DNA of 64,000 bases from a candidate division WOR-3 bacterium. GTDB taxonomy: Bacteria; Hydrothermota; Hydrothermia; JBDRYB01. Position numbers and translations under genes: made by a program. The stretch is taken from contig JBDRYB010000001.1 of assembly GCA_039803205.1 (NCBI GenBank), positions 299,413 through 363,412 on the forward strand, read 5' to 3'. Shown here piece after piece: positions 1 through 11,182 of the stretch. Position 1 is the first letter of the stretch, and every line of letters begins with the position of its first letter. The notes under the pieces were generated by a model. It made no database searches. It had not been told where the DNA came from and was given only the letters and a program-made list of their open reading frames with translations.

Positions 1-809
1 ATTGATGAATATAGGGCAACCTGGGTGTATGTCATTCCCAGGTTTTTGAACATGTGAGCGCCCCAGAAGGGCGAGGAAAGCCCGTTCACGAAGCCCCATA
101 TGACGAAGTAAAGGAGAAAAACCCTGTAATCCTTGTTGGCAAAGGGCCTGAGGAGGGCCGAGGACGCGCGGCCGAACCCCTTCGCGGTCGGCCTCTTTCC
201 CTCGTAGTGAAAGAAGAAGAGCACCAGCGAAACCAAGGCCAATGCGAACGCGAGCACGAAAAGTATGGCGTATCCCTGATACTCTGAGTTCGCTCTCCGG
301 TAGTGGTCCAAGAAGAGGCCAGCACCCAAAGAACCAGCCAAACCAACAGCCGAGAGAAGCCCGGATCGCTTCCCGAAATATCTCCCCCTTATCTCGGCCG
401 GAACCAGGTCAGTGAACCAAGCGAGCCACGCGTTACCGCTCATAGAGCCCGCGGCCAGCGATATTCCAACCAGGAAAACGAATAACCAAGCCTTATCAGA
501 CGAACCCACGGCTATCATGGGAATAGCTGGCGCTAGAACCCAGATTGACCTTGAGATAAAGCCCGTCCAAACGGTCGTCCACTTGCGCTGGCCAGTTGCC
601 TCAACCAGGTAGGCTGAGAGGAAACCAAAAAGGGTTGCCAGAAACGAGAAGGCCCCGAGTATCCCTATCTGGAAATCAGAAGCCCCCAACATCAACGCGA
701 ATGCGATGGGATAAAGCCCTATGGTATATGAGTTGTGAACCGCGACCGCGGCGCCCTCAAAATAGGAGAGGAGTAGGGTTCTCTTAACAGGACGGGAGAT
801 CTCTGTCAA
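1..809 (-). CDS. MFS transporter, 3' end runs off the window start (not in ORF track)
   Basis: Manual translation from TTG at 809: MTEISRPVKRTLLLSYFEG...LMLGASDFQIGILGAF...AWLAWFTDLVPAEIRGRYFGKR; multiple TM segments, open to position 1; TATAAT 8 nt upstream. Confidence 0.85.
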   Translation of the reverse strand, partial: MTEISRPVKRTLLLSYFEGAAVAVHNSYTIGLYPIAFALMLGASDFQIGILGAFSFLATLFGFLSAYLVEATGQRKWTTVWTGFISRSIWVLAPAIPMIAVGSSDKAWLFVFLVGISLAAGSMSGNAWLAWFTDLVPAEIRGRYFGKRSGLLSAVGLAGSLGAGLFLDHYRRANSEYQGYAILFVLAFALALVSLVLFFFHYEGKRPTAKGFGRASSALLRPFANKDYRVFLLYFVIWGFVNGLSSPFWGAHMFKNLGMTYTQVALYSS

Positions 810-948
810 GGCTGAAAATTATAACGAAGGGGTGGCTCGCGGTTCCTCAAATGGCCCCTAATGTGCCCGGAAATCCGGACGGATCTGAGCGAACGCGCGG
901 CCTTGAAACTTCTCCATAATTTGCATTATCCTTTTGGCCGGAGGTAAG

Positions 949-2208
949 ATGGATCTTTTGCTTCTTTTTGGCGCATACATGCCCTACACCGTGGCCGCGG
1001 GCCTCAACTATCCTCACGGGGTAGGGGTGGGAGACATCAACGGGGACGGGCTACCGGATGTCCTGGTCTCGGATACATATGGTTCTCAGGTCTATTGGTA
1101 TGAGAACAACGGCAACTGGGGTTTCACCCGGCACTTCGTTGGCTCGAGCAGTTACCCGCTCTATGTTGACGCTGGGGACATTGACTCAGATGGTGATGTG
1201 GACATCGTTACAGGCGATTACCTGGGCTCCAACATTTATGTATTCTATAACTCAGGCAACGGTTCATCCTTCACATCCCGTGTCCTACCGACATCTGGCG
1301 AGGCCTGGGAGGTTGATCTTGGGGATGTGGACGCGGATGGTGACCTTGACATAGCCACAAGCACAGGCGGAGGGGTTCTCCTGTTCAGAAACGATGCGGG
1401 GCTCTTCACCCAGGTATATGTTGGTTCGCTGAGCTGGCCTCACGGGTGCAGGTTCTTTGACATGGAGGGAGATGGGCATCTGGAGATAGCCTCAACCCAT
1501 CCCTTTCAAGTATTCAAGAACGACGGAGCGGAGAACTTTAGCCTCTATTACCAGGATGCGAGCCTTCAGGAGGGGTGGGGCGTTGGCCCTGCTGACATAA
1601 ACGGCGATGGCTACATGGATGTAGCAGTGAACGATTATTATGGCGGAGCCACATATGTCTATTGGGGAAGCGCCTCTGGCTTCACGAAACAGCCAATAGG
1701 GCTTGCTGGTGAGTCGGAAGGCATGGACATGGGAGAGATAAACGCGCAGACCGGGGTGGACATCGCGGTTGGAGCGGCCTCAAGCTGGGTCATATGCTAT
1801 TACTACAACCCACCCGGCTTCACGGTAGAGATAGTGGATAACCTTTACGACGCCGACTTAGTCGTGATATGCGATCTGAACGGGGATATGTGTCCTGACC
1901 TGGTTGCTTCTGGCCCAATGGGCGGCGCGGTCTTGGCCTACGAGAACAGGAACTGCCCATTTGAGGTCAGTGAGGGGGACGGGAAGGGAGAGCCACAGCT
2001 CAGGATACTTTATGCCGAGCAGGGCCCTCTCGCGTTCCTCGCGGAGTGCTCTGGTGAGCTTGAGATATACGACGCGACCGGGAGGTTGGCCAGGGCATAT
2101 CCCATAGGGGGCTCTAATCAGAGAATAAGCCTTTCCGGCCTTGAACCAGGTGTCTACGCGGCGCGGGTCAAAGGGGTTGGGGCACAGGTTTTCGTTGTCG
2201 GAAAGTGA
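949..2208 (+). CDS. Secreted FG-GAP/VCBS repeat beta-propeller with T9SS-CTD-like tail
   Basis: Repeated GDINGDG/GDIDSDG/GDVDADG loops; C-terminal IYDATGRL...LEPGVY; ATG 949 follows GGAGGT. Confidence 0.8.
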   Translation: MDLLLLFGAYMPYTVAAGLNYPHGVGVGDINGDGLPDVLVSDTYGSQVYWYENNGNWGFTRHFVGSSSYPLYVDAGDIDSDGDVDIVTGDYLGSNIYVFYNSGNGSSFTSRVLPTSGEAWEVDLGDVDADGDLDIATSTGGGVLLFRNDAGLFTQVYVGSLSWPHGCRFFDMEGDGHLEIASTHPFQVFKNDGAENFSLYYQDASLQEGWGVGPADINGDGYMDVAVNDYYGGATYVYWGSASGFTKQPIGLAGESEGMDMGEINAQTGVDIAVGAASSWVICYYYNPPGFTVEIVDNLYDADLVVICDLNGDMCPDLVASGPMGGAVLAYENRNCPFEVSEGDGKGEPQLRILYAEQGPLAFLAECSGELEIYDATGRLARAYPIGGSNQRISLSGLEPGVYAARVKGVGAQVFVVGK

Positions 2209-2278
2209 GGGAAATTCAATTCGGGTAGTCCGGCTATCCGGTGCGAAGGCCGCGCCTAATCCGATATAATTTTAGTCC

Positions 2279-4948
2279 TTGATCCAGCAAAGGTTCGGCA
2301 AGTTTGAGATTCTCTCCTGGATAGGAGGGGGACAGTTTGCTGATGTTTTTCTCGCTCTGGATACCATAATCCAGAAGGAGTTCGCGATAAAGGTCTCGAG
2401 GGCAAAGCAGCGCGAGGCAGAGGCCATGATGGCGGAGGCACGCGTCCTCGCAAGCCTGGATCATCCGAACATCGTCCGTTTTTACTCGGCTGACCTCATA
2501 GAGGAGAGGCTGGTTCTTGTCATGGAATACATACCCGGCCGCAGCCTCCGGAGCCTGCTGGATGAGGGCCCCCTTTCCCTGCCGAGGACCATGAGGATAG
2601 CATCGGGCATCCTTTCCGGGCTCCAATACGCGCACGAGAGGGGGATAATCCACAGGGACATAAAGCCTGAAAATGTGCTTCTGGCGGAGGGCGAAAAGGT
2701 AAAGCTCACGGACTTCGGCCTCGCGGCAATGATATCCAAAGAGAGCTTCTCGGCCTCCATGGCAGGAACCCCCTTATACATGGCGCCCGAGGTCTGGGAG
2801 GGCCACGCCTGCATTCAATCTGACCTTTGGAGCGCGGCCGCGGTTATTTACGAGTGTTTGGCTGGACATCCGCCCTTCTGGGACGAGAGCTACGAGGGCC
2901 TGAGAAAGAAGATGATCTCATCCAAGCCAAAGCCTATCCAGAGGCTGAGCTCCCAGGCCAATCGCTTCCTGTCTAGAGCCCTCGATCCCTCTCCCGAAAA
3001 AAGGCCTCCCTCAGCAAAGGCCATGCTTGATGAGCTTGCAGAATCCCTCTCTGCCCAAACCGAGGCTGTTATAATAACAGGGCCCATAGAGGAACCGAAG
3101 CCAAGGTCGCCAATCCTGGAGGGGCTTTCGGATGAACAGGCTGAGGCTGTCCAGCACGAAGGCCATCTTCTCATTCTCGGTGGTGCTGGCACGGGAAAGA
3201 CCACATGCCTCGCGGCGAGGGCCTCCTGGTTCATCTGCGAGCGCGGCTTTGAGCCAGAATCCGTCTTTCTCTCGACATTCACGGGTCGGGGCTCAGGCGA
3301 GCTCCGCGAGAAGCTCCTGCCCTTTCTCTCTGAGAGCGAGATAAGGAGAATGTGGGTTGGAACCCTGCATTACCTTGCCTCCCGGATATTCTCCGCTGTT
3401 GCGGAACGGGAGGGTTTCCCTGAGGATTTTCTCATAGTTGACCAGGAGAGCTCCCTTAAAATGATGAGGGAAATCGTTGGATCAGAGCGCCAGGCAGGGG
3501 CCGTGCTCAGGGAGATATCCCGGGCAAAGTCAAACCTAGTGGGACCAAAGGCATACAGGGAGGCGGCGAAAACTCCGTGGCAGAACAGGGTTGCTGGTTT
3601 TTACGAGCGCTATCAGGAGGCGCTTACAGCCATGGGAGCCCTGGATTATGACGATGTGATAATTAAGGCCGAAAAAGCTCTCAGGGAGAATCCTGACCTC
3701 AAAGAGGACCTCACCAGAACCTTTCGCCTCATCCTCGTTGATGAGTTTCAGGACCTCAACCTCGCTCAGTTCAGGCTCATACTCGGGCTCACCGGCGGTT
3801 CTGCTTGGTTCACCGCGACGGGCGATCCCCTCCAGGCCATATATGGGTTCCGTGGGGCATCCCCGAGGTTCATAAACGCTTTTGCGGAACGCTTCAATCC
3901 CTATAGGGTCCACCTGAACAGGAGCTACAGAAGCTACGAGGAGATACTCTCGCTCGGCAGAAACCTCATATCCCACAATCCAGACCCTCCCTCTCCGGTC
4001 TTCGCTGTGAGGAGGGCAGAGAAAGAGGTTGTTCACCTCGTTGCTTTGGATGATCCGGAGTCTGAGGCAGGTTTCGTCGCTGACACGGTTGAGAGAATGC
4101 TGGATGAGGGGAGGAATCCGGAGGATTTCGGGGTCCTCTTCAGGACAAACGCGCAGGCTCGTGCATTTGAGGACGCTTTTTCAAGGCGGAGGATTCCCTT
4201 CAACATGGAAGGCGCCTCCAGCTTCTACAGGAGGCCGGAAATAAGGGCATCGCTCGGTTTCCTTCGCTTCATATCAGGGCAAAAGGACAAGGAGGACTTC
4301 GTCCTAATGCTGAGGCACTTTCTCGGGTTCAGGGGCGAGGAGGTAAAGTTGGCTACGCAGGGTTTCAGCCAAAAGTCCAGGCCCACAATGAGCAAGAAGC
4401 TCCCAGAGGATAAGCTATCTGCGCTGGAGGCATTCTGGAAATACATAACGGGTATCGGCCCAGAGGAATACGAGAACCTTACGCCCCAGGAGATCCTGAG
4501 AAGGTTCTATGATTTTACGGGCTATTCAAGGATATTCTCCGAAGCGCATACCCCTGGGAGGATAATGGAAAAAGATAATATTGAGGAGCTTCTCTCCCTG
4601 GCAGGGGGCTTTGGCAGGGGAGGGACCAGGCGGCTCCTCTCCCACATCTCCTTGACGCAGGAGCTTTCCGCTAAGGTAAGGGGTGCTGGAGGGGTGAGGC
4701 TCATAACCCTTCACGGCGCGAAAGGGCTGGAGTTCCCAGTGGTATTTCTCACCGGAATGGCGGACGGGCTTTTCCCATCGGGCTCCGCCATCACAAAGCC
4801 TTCGGAAATGGCCGAGGAGAGGAGGCTTTGCTATGTGGCAATAACGAGGGCGCTTGAGGAGCTTTTCATAACATATCCGAAACACAGCAGGGGGCGGTAT
4901 TTTGAGCCATCCAGGTTCATCTACGAAATGTATGTTGTGGAAAGATAG
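2279..4948 (+). CDS. Ser/Thr protein kinase fused to UvrD/PcrA-family SF1A helicase
   Basis: Kinase motifs [23 protein letters not shown]; helicase motifs [53 protein letters not shown]. Confidence 0.92.
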   Translation: MIQQRFGKFEILSWIGGGQFADVFLALDTIIQKEFAIKVSRAKQREAEAMMAEARVLASLDHPNIVRFYSADLIEERLVLVMEYIPGRSLRSLLDEGPLSLPRTMRIASGILSGLQYAHERGIIHRDIKPENVLLAEGEKVKLTDFGLAAMISKESFSASMAGTPLYMAPEVWEGHACIQSDLWSAAAVIYECLAGHPPFWDESYEGLRKKMISSKPKPIQRLSSQANRFLSRALDPSPEKRPPSAKAMLDELAESLSAQTEAVIITGPIEEPKPRSPILEGLSDEQAEAVQHEGHLLILGGAGTGKTTCLAARASWFICERGFEPESVFLSTFTGRGSGELREKLLPFLSESEIRRMWVGTLHYLASRIFSAVAEREGFPEDFLIVDQESSLKMMREIVGSERQAGAVLREISRAKSNLVGPKAYREAAKTPWQNRVAGFYERYQEALTAMGALDYDDVIIKAEKALRENPDLKEDLTRTFRLILVDEFQDLNLAQFRLILGLTGGSAWFTATGDPLQAIYGFRGASPRFINAFAERFNPYRVHLNRSYRSYEEILSLGRNLISHNPDPPSPVFAVRRAEKEVVHLVALDDPESEAGFVADTVERMLDEGRNPEDFGVLFRTNAQARAFEDAFSRRRIPFNMEGASSFYRRPEIRASLGFLRFISGQKDKEDFVLMLRHFLGFRGEEVKLATQGFSQKSRPTMSKKLPEDKLSALEAFWKYITGIGPEEYENLTPQEILRRFYDFTGYSRIFSEAHTPGRIMEKDNIEELLSLAGGFGRGGTRRLLSHISLTQELSAKVRGAGGVRLITLHGAKGLEFPVVFLTGMADGLFPSGSAITKPSEMAEERRLCYVAITRALEELFITYPKHSRGRYFEPSRFIYEMYVVER

Positions 4949-4956
4949 GACGGAAA

Positions 4957-6318
4957 TCACATCTCCTTCAACCGCGCCTTGTAATCAAACCTCTCAAGGA
5001 ATCCCGTGTCAAAATCCCCCCTTCTGAATTCCTCCGATGAGATAACGACATGGTGAAACGGTATGGTTGTCGGAACGCCCTCTATTACGAATTCTTCCAG
5101 GGCCCGCAGCATCCTCGCTATTGCCTCCTCCCTGTCAGAACCGTGTGCTATGAGCTTCGCAAGGAGCGAATCGTAATGTGGTGGAACCCTGTATTCCTGG
5201 TAAATGTGGGAATCAACCCTGATACCCGGCCCGCCTGGCTTGTGCAGGATCCTTATGGTTCCCGGCGAGGGCGTGAAGTCCCTCTCCGGGTCCTCCGCGT
5301 TTATCCTGGCTTCTATGGCGTGACCTCGCATGATGATGTCCTCTTGCTTCATCCTCAATTTTTCGCCTCCGGCTATCCTTATTTGCTCCTTGATTATGTC
5401 AATCCCCGTAACCATCTCCGTTACAGGGTGCTCAACTTGGACTCGCGTGTTCATCTCTATGAAGTAGAAATTTCCGTCCTGATCCATGATGAACTCAACC
5501 GTTCCAGCAGAAACATAGCCAATTGTGGATGCTCCACGCACAGCGGATTCGCCCAGGTGCTTCCTGGTCTCAGGGGATACCACAGGAGAGGGCGATTCCT
5601 CTATGAGCTTTTGGTGCCTGCGCTGGATACTGCATTCCCTCTCTCCAAGATAAACGACATTCCCGTAGGAATCCGCGAGGATCTGGACCTCTATGTGCCT
5701 CGGCCTAAGGATGAGCTTTTCAAGATACAGCCTTCCATCACCAAACGCTGAGGCGGCCTCTGCTCCGGCTGACTGGAACTGCTTCTCAAGCTCTGCCGGC
5801 TCCCTGACTACTCTCATTCCCCTTCCGCCGCCTCCCGCAACAGCCTTCAACAAGACAGGATAACCCGCCCTTTCCGCTACCTCCATCGCCTCATCAAGGT
5901 CGGAGAGGGGCCCATCCGAACCAGGGACAACCGGAACCCCGGCCTTCTTCATTGTCTCTTTTGCCTTTGCCTTGTCTCCCATATCCTCTATCGCCTCAGG
6001 GGAGGGGCCTATGAAGGTAATCCCGTGATCCCTAACCAGCCTTGCGAACTCCGGGTTCTCAGCCAGAAACCCGTATCCAGGATGAATCGCCTCTGCGCCC
6101 GAGACCTCCGCGGCCGCTATTATCCTGTGGTAATGCAGATAGCTCTCCCTTGGCGGGGGAGGGCCTATCTTCACCGAGTAATCCGCGAGCTGGACATGGA
6201 GGGCATTTTCATCCGCGTCCGAATACACCGCGACGGATTCTATGCCCATCTCCCGGAGGGCATATATAATCCTGACCGCTATCTCACCCCTGTTAGCGAC
6301 GAGGACCTTCTTGAACAT
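4957..6318 (-). CDS. accC: Acetyl-CoA carboxylase biotin carboxylase subunit
   Basis: [55 protein letters not shown]. Confidence 0.95.
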   Translation of the reverse strand: MFKKVLVANRGEIAVRIIYALREMGIESVAVYSDADENALHVQLADYSVKIGPPPPRESYLHYHRIIAAAEVSGAEAIHPGYGFLAENPEFARLVRDHGITFIGPSPEAIEDMGDKAKAKETMKKAGVPVVPGSDGPLSDLDEAMEVAERAGYPVLLKAVAGGGGRGMRVVREPAELEKQFQSAGAEAASAFGDGRLYLEKLILRPRHIEVQILADSYGNVVYLGERECSIQRRHQKLIEESPSPVVSPETRKHLGESAVRGASTIGYVSAGTVEFIMDQDGNFYFIEMNTRVQVEHPVTEMVTGIDIIKEQIRIAGGEKLRMKQEDIIMRGHAIEARINAEDPERDFTPSPGTIRILHKPGGPGIRVDSHIYQEYRVPPHYDSLLAKLIAHGSDREEAIARMLRALEEFVIEGVPTTIPFHHVVISSEEFRRGDFDTGFLERFDYKARLKEM

Positions 6319-6359
6319 GGCTTAATTATGGGGCAAGGGCGTGCGCTGGGACAATTCTT

Positions 6360-8117
6360 CTATTGCTTAAGCTCAGCCTCTCTCGCCTTCTCCTCGTATT
6401 CTTTGGCCTTATCTTCCATGCCTATAGCCCTGTAGATCTGTGCGGCGTGGCCGTATATCTCAGGGTCTGGTTTCTCAAGAACCGAGAGGGCCCTTTCTAT
6501 GTAAGCCCTCGCTTTTTCTTTGTCCCCCATTTTGAAGTATATCCACGCGTGTGTATCCAGATAAACCGGATTATCCGGGGATAGCTCCTGGGCCCTCTGG
6601 GAGAGCTTCTTTGCCTTCTCCAGGTCGCCGCCCCTTTCAGCAAGGGTATACGCCCAGTTGTTCAGGACGCCTGCCAGGAAGTTCACTGTGTTCTGATCCT
6701 CTGTCCAAGCAGTGTCAGAGAGGATCAGAGACTCAGTCTGGGAGAAGGCATAATCGGAGACAGCTAGGTCTCCGTATTCGGAATGCCACATCGCAAGCTC
6801 ATACCATGCATAGGGGTCACGAGGGGCTATCTCGGTCTGCCTCCTGAGCAAAGGCTCTATCTCTTTCTCCTTGCCCCTGGATCTGAGAAAGCTCATGAGC
6901 CTCTGAGCCTTTCCCCTGTCCCCTGGCGCGGCCTCTGCGGCCTTCCTGTAATACTTCTCAGCGAGACGGTTCTTCCCTTTGATCTCCATGGCGGTGCCAA
7001 GCAGGGAAAAAGCATCCGGAGAACCCTGATCCGCCACTGCCAAAAGGGTTCTTGAACCCTCGTCCATGTATCCGGTGTATATTTGCAAGAATCCCTTATA
7101 AACCAGGTTCGTTGGAGAGGGGTTCAGCCTTACCGCTATGTCTATCTCCCTCATGGCCTCGGCGGGCTTTTTGAGCTCAAAGAGGCATCGGGCCATGTAG
7201 TAATGGATCTGATCGTCATCGGGGTTGAGCACGGAAGCGCCGCCGAGATACGCCAAGCTGCTCTGGTAATCCTCGTTCTGATAAAGGGCAAGGCCCATCA
7301 CCTTCATGAGGCCCGGGTCAGCCTCGTTCCGGAGCATGGCGGATTCCAGCACCGCTATGGCGCTATCCGGTTTTCCCTCCTTGAGGTAAATCTCAGCAAG
7401 CTTCAGGGACACAACCTTGTCCCCTTCCTTTTCTCCCAGCGCCAAGCCATAGTGATGCTTAGCGTCCTCGTATCCGTTCAACTTGTCGTGCGCCAAGCCC
7501 CATACGAGTTGCAAACGGTAGGATGTCTCTGCGATGTTCAGAAGCCCAGAAATCCCCTCCCCCTCTATTGAAAGGGATTCTGCCCTTTCCACGAGCATCT
7601 CAGCCCTTGGACAGAGCTCCAGCGCCTCGCGTGGCCTATCATACCTTACGAGGAAGGATACATAATCAACGAGGATGCCGGGCGAATCCGGAGCCATCTC
7701 CTCAGCCTTCAGGTAGGCCTTTTCCGCATCATCCTTCAACCCCAAGTTATCAAAGACCATCGCCGCGAGGTGGAGTGCCCCCGGATCCTCCGGGAACCTC
7801 CTCACGATCTTCTCAGCCAAAGAGCGCGTCTTTCGCTCTGAGCCATAGTGGAAAGAGAGCCTCAGGGCGTGCTGGTAGAACAAAGAGGTATCTGGATGCC
7901 TTCTCATGCCCTCTTCTGCTTTCTGCATCGCCTTCTTGCAGAACCCCTGATTCACCATGTAGTCTATTTCCTGGCTGAGATACTTTGGGTCTTTTGTCTC
8001 GGCATAGAGACTATCTAGAACCCTTATGATCCCCTCATAATCCCCGGACCTCATGTGCTCCTCAAGGATCGCTTCCGGGGTCTGAGCCAAGAGCAAAAAC
8101 AAGCGAAGTCCGTTCAT
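6360..8117 (-). CDS. Exported TPR-repeat protein
   Basis: Many TPR helices, LNNWAYTLAE...YLDTHAWIYFK; ATG 8117 overlaps the holA stop (ATGA). Confidence 0.8.
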   Translation of the reverse strand: MNGLRLFLLLAQTPEAILEEHMRSGDYEGIIRVLDSLYAETKDPKYLSQEIDYMVNQGFCKKAMQKAEEGMRRHPDTSLFYQHALRLSFHYGSERKTRSLAEKIVRRFPEDPGALHLAAMVFDNLGLKDDAEKAYLKAEEMAPDSPGILVDYVSFLVRYDRPREALELCPRAEMLVERAESLSIEGEGISGLLNIAETSYRLQLVWGLAHDKLNGYEDAKHHYGLALGEKEGDKVVSLKLAEIYLKEGKPDSAIAVLESAMLRNEADPGLMKVMGLALYQNEDYQSSLAYLGGASVLNPDDDQIHYYMARCLFELKKPAEAMREIDIAVRLNPSPTNLVYKGFLQIYTGYMDEGSRTLLAVADQGSPDAFSLLGTAMEIKGKNRLAEKYYRKAAEAAPGDRGKAQRLMSFLRSRGKEKEIEPLLRRQTEIAPRDPYAWYELAMWHSEYGDLAVSDYAFSQTESLILSDTAWTEDQNTVNFLAGVLNNWAYTLAERGGDLEKAKKLSQRAQELSPDNPVYLDTHAWIYFKMGDKEKARAYIERALSVLEKPDPEIYGHAAQIYRAIGMEDKAKEYEEKAREAELKQ

Positions 8118-9079
8118 TTTCTCAGTTCCAAAAGGAGCGAGAGAAGGCAAAGCCTGGGATCAAGCCTTCGCCTGGGCCCCATTTCCATGTAAAGCTCCTT
8201 GTCCAACAGGACAAAAACATCCCGCTCCGTCAACCCTCTCGCCATGTCCTCGTATTTCTTTACTTTCCATGATAGCCTGACCATGTTTTTTTGGCCGAGC
8301 TTGGCCCAGGCCATCGCCGAGAGCGCCCTTCCAAGAGCAGGGAGCAGGTCCTCCGGTTTCATTCCAACTGCCTGCCATTTATCCACTTCTTCCATCGCCT
8401 CGCTTGCTCTGCCTGCGAGCGCGTTGTCGGTTATCCGGTATTCCGCTGTCTCGGGCTCCTCGCAGAGCAGGTTCCTGATCTCATTGAGGCTATGCAATTC
8501 ATCCTTGTTCAGATATGTCGCCAACTTCACTATTTCAGCCCTTGCCCTTCTCAGATCTCTCGGCAAGGCATCCAGAAGCTCCTTGAAAGCCCCTGAAGAT
8601 ATTCTAACCCCGAGAGACTTGAGCTGGCGGCCAACCCAGGCCGTAAATGTCGGCTCATCAAGGGGCGGCAGCTCCACAAGATAAGCCTTTTGATTCAAGG
8701 TTCCCCAGAGCCGAGCGTTTCTTGAGAGGAACTTGAACGGGTCCTCCTTTTTCTTTATCTCCTTTTCAAAGAGGAGGGCGAGGGGCCTTCGCGGGGTGAA
8801 GCCCGCTGAAAGGAGCATCTCCCAGCCCTTCATCTTCTCGGCTGACCTCACAAAAGCCACGAATGATTCCCCGAAAAGCCCCGTGAATGACCCCCTCATC
8901 ACATCACCGGGCCCTTGCTCATCTCCGTAAAAACGCTTAATCCCCTGCGCGCCTGTTCTCTCGGCGAGCATTTCAAGGAATCTGTCCAGGGGAAGTGTCT
9001 CTTGGCCAACGAAGATGTAAAAAGGCCTCAGCTCCATATTGGGGAAGTCCCTCAGAAACTCAATATGTCTCACATCCAT
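8114..9079 (-). CDS. holA: DNA polymerase III delta subunit (divergent); true start may be GTG at 9073
   Basis: PFYIFVGQE, GLFGE, DLRRARAEIVKLATY pattern and typical size. Confidence 0.7.
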   Translation of the reverse strand: MDVRHIEFLRDFPNMELRPFYIFVGQETLPLDRFLEMLAERTGAQGIKRFYGDEQGPGDVMRGSFTGLFGESFVAFVRSAEKMKGWEMLLSAGFTPRRPLALLFEKEIKKKEDPFKFLSRNARLWGTLNQKAYLVELPPLDEPTFTAWVGRQLKSLGVRISSGAFKELLDALPRDLRRARAEIVKLATYLNKDELHSLNEIRNLLCEEPETAEYRITDNALAGRASEAMEEVDKWQAVGMKPEDLLPALGRALSAMAWAKLGQKNMVRLSWKVKKYEDMARGLTERDVFVLLDKELYMEMGPRRRLDPRLCLLSLLLELRK

Positions 9080-9200
9080 ATTTTATCGCAAGGGGCTGGA
9101 ATGGGACAAGTTTGCGCGCCAGCTCATATTAATTATATCTACCAAACATGGCCCCTCCCCCAGTGGAAAGAGGAAACTCGGAGCCGATATAATCTTCAGG

Positions 9201-10085
9201 ATGCACGCCCTTGTTGCAGAGAACTTAACCAAGCGCTTTGGTGGGTTCACTGCTGTGGAGGGGGTCTCTTTCCGTGTATCAGATGGGGAGATATACGCTC
9301 TCCTTGGCCCAAACGGCGCCGGGAAGAGCACGACCATAAGGATGCTAACCGGGGTTCTCAAGCCAACCTCAGGGAAGGCCCTCGTTGCTGGGTTTGATGT
9401 GGCAAAGGAACCTTACAGGGCAAGGGAAAGGATGGGATACATGTCCCAGATGTTTTCTCTTTACAGGGACCTGAGCGTTGAGGAAAACCTCATGTTTTTC
9501 TGCGGTGTCTATGGTTCGGGGAGAGAGGCTGTTGCCAGGGCAGTTGAGAGAATGGGCCTTGCTCCTTATCTCAAGACCGTGGTCAGGGACCTCCCTTTGG
9601 GCTTCAAACAGCGCCTGGCTCTGGCCGCGGCAACAACCCACGATCCCAAGGTCCTTTTCCTTGACGAACCAACCTCAGGGGTTGATCCCGAGGCGAGGAG
9701 CGAGTTTTGGGACCTGGTTTATTCCTTGAGGGAAAAAGGGACTGCGGTGCTCATAACAACCCACTACATGGAGGAGGCTCACCTCGCTGATAGGATAGGA
9801 ATGATAAGCTCGGGGCGGCTCGTCGCGGAAGGGAGACCGGATGAGCTTTTGGCGCAAGGGCTTGGAAAGAGGTTCTGGCAAATGAGGGCTGAGCCCCTGA
9901 ACAAGGCCCTCGCGCTCCTGAACGAAAAGGGAATTCCAGCCTACTCGTCCGGGGGCCTCGTATTCCTTGAGGCTACGGATCCTGAGGAGCCCCGCTCCGT
10001 TCTGGCGGCAGGAGGAATAGAAATAACTGAGATAGCCGAGAGAAAACCCTCTTTGGAGGATGTATTCGTGGGACTCACAAAATGA
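9201..10085 (+). CDS. ABC transporter ATP-binding protein (ABC-2 exporter type)
   Basis: GPNGAGKST, LPLGFKQR signature, LFLDEPTSGVD, H-loop; start taken at ATG 9201 after TATAAT. Confidence 0.92.
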   Translation: MHALVAENLTKRFGGFTAVEGVSFRVSDGEIYALLGPNGAGKSTTIRMLTGVLKPTSGKALVAGFDVAKEPYRARERMGYMSQMFSLYRDLSVEENLMFFCGVYGSGREAVARAVERMGLAPYLKTVVRDLPLGFKQRLALAAATTHDPKVLFLDEPTSGVDPEARSEFWDLVYSLREKGTAVLITTHYMEEAHLADRIGMISSGRLVAEGRPDELLAQGLGKRFWQMRAEPLNKALALLNEKGIPAYSSGGLVFLEATDPEEPRSVLAAGGIEITEIAERKPSLEDVFVGLTK

Positions 10086-11182
10086 GAGCCGTTATCCTAA
10101 AGGAGATAAGGCACATCCTCAGGGACCCGATATCCTTAACCGTGATCCTGGTTATGCCAATAGCCTATCTTTTCATCTTTCTCTATTCAATAACATTTGA
10201 CATAAAGAGGGTTCCTCTGGGGGTAGTGGATTACCAGAATTCATCCCTCTCCAGGGATTTTCTGAACAACCTCACTGCTCACGGATGTTTTGAACTCAAG
10301 GCTTATTATCCGGATGAGGCCTCTCTAATGCGTGATGTCTCTCTTGGAAAGATCAAGCTGGGCCTCGTTATCCCCCAAGACTTTGACGAGAGGCTCTCCG
10401 CCGGAAGCCTGAGTTATGCTGGGTGGTTTGAAGGGGTCGAGGGAAACTCAACCAACATAGCCAGGGGATACCTCTTCTCCGGGGCCGCGGGGTTCCTCCT
10501 CGGCCAGGCCGAGAAGATGGGCCTCGCGCCTCCCCTGGATGTGAGGCCCCGCTACCTCTATAACCCGATGCTCAGAAGCAGATGGTTCCTTGCCCCTGGC
10601 TTTTCCGCGATAATCCTCATGCTCGTGGCCACCGCGCTTACTGCGCTCTCCCTTGTAAGGGAGAGGGAGGAGGGGAAGGTGGAGGTCCTGAGAACATTGC
10701 CCGTGAATCCATATGCATTCGTGGCGGCAAAGGCGCTGCCGTATGTAGTGATAGGCCTCGTGGACTTCTTCATAACAATAGGAATGGTGAGCCTCATATA
10801 TCGCGTCCCGGTGAAAGGAGGCATCCTTTCCCTCACTGGGTTCACCCTTCTTTTCCTCTTTCCTGCTTTGAGTCTTGGTTTGGTCATATCATCCATAGCA
10901 AGGGCTCAGCGCGAGGCTTGGTTCCTCGCGCTCGCCACAACCCTATTGCCATCAATAATACTGTCTGGATTCATTTTCCCGGTTGAGAGCATGCCGATGT
11001 GGCTCAGGATAATAGCTGAGGCTATGCCAGTGAGGCATTACCTGATTATCCTCCGGAGCGTCATGATAAAAGGAGTGGGCCTGGCCGAGCTTTGGCCCCA
11101 CGCGCTTGTTCTTGGCCTCTATGGAATAGCGCTCTTGGCAATAGCCGGCAGGAGGATGAGGGCATGGCTTTCTCCAGGTTGA
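10082..11182 (+). CDS. ABC-2 type transporter permease
   Basis: KEIRHILRD, LYNP, VREREEG, LSGFIFPVESMP. Confidence 0.9.
   Translation: MRAVILKEIRHILRDPISLTVILVMPIAYLFIFLYSITFDIKRVPLGVVDYQNSSLSRDFLNNLTAHGCFELKAYYPDEASLMRDVSLGKIKLGLVIPQDFDERLSAGSLSYAGWFEGVEGNSTNIARGYLFSGAAGFLLGQAEKMGLAPPLDVRPRYLYNPMLRSRWFLAPGFSAIILMLVATALTALSLVREREEGKVEVLRTLPVNPYAFVAAKALPYVVIGLVDFFITIGMVSLIYRVPVKGGILSLTGFTLLFLFPALSLGLVISSIARAQREAWFLALATTLLPSIILSGFIFPVESMPMWLRIIAEAMPVRHYLIILRSVMIKGVGLAELWPHALVLGLYGIALLAIAGRRMRAWLSPG

Noticed and set aside
54..787. Short ORF-track calls on both strands at the window start
   Set aside because: They are shadows of the minus-strand MFS gene that runs off the window
5050..5751. Long antisense ORFs (also 14479-15123, 26952-27683, 31342-32028, 46219-46983, 47954-48601)
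   Set aside because: All lie opposite well-supported genes and show no motifs; expected from codon bias
9039..9200. N-terminal extensions in the ORF track (also 40528, 47718, 50847, 59514, 63047)
   Set aside because: They run through -10 boxes or operator repeats; downstream starts fit family N-termini better
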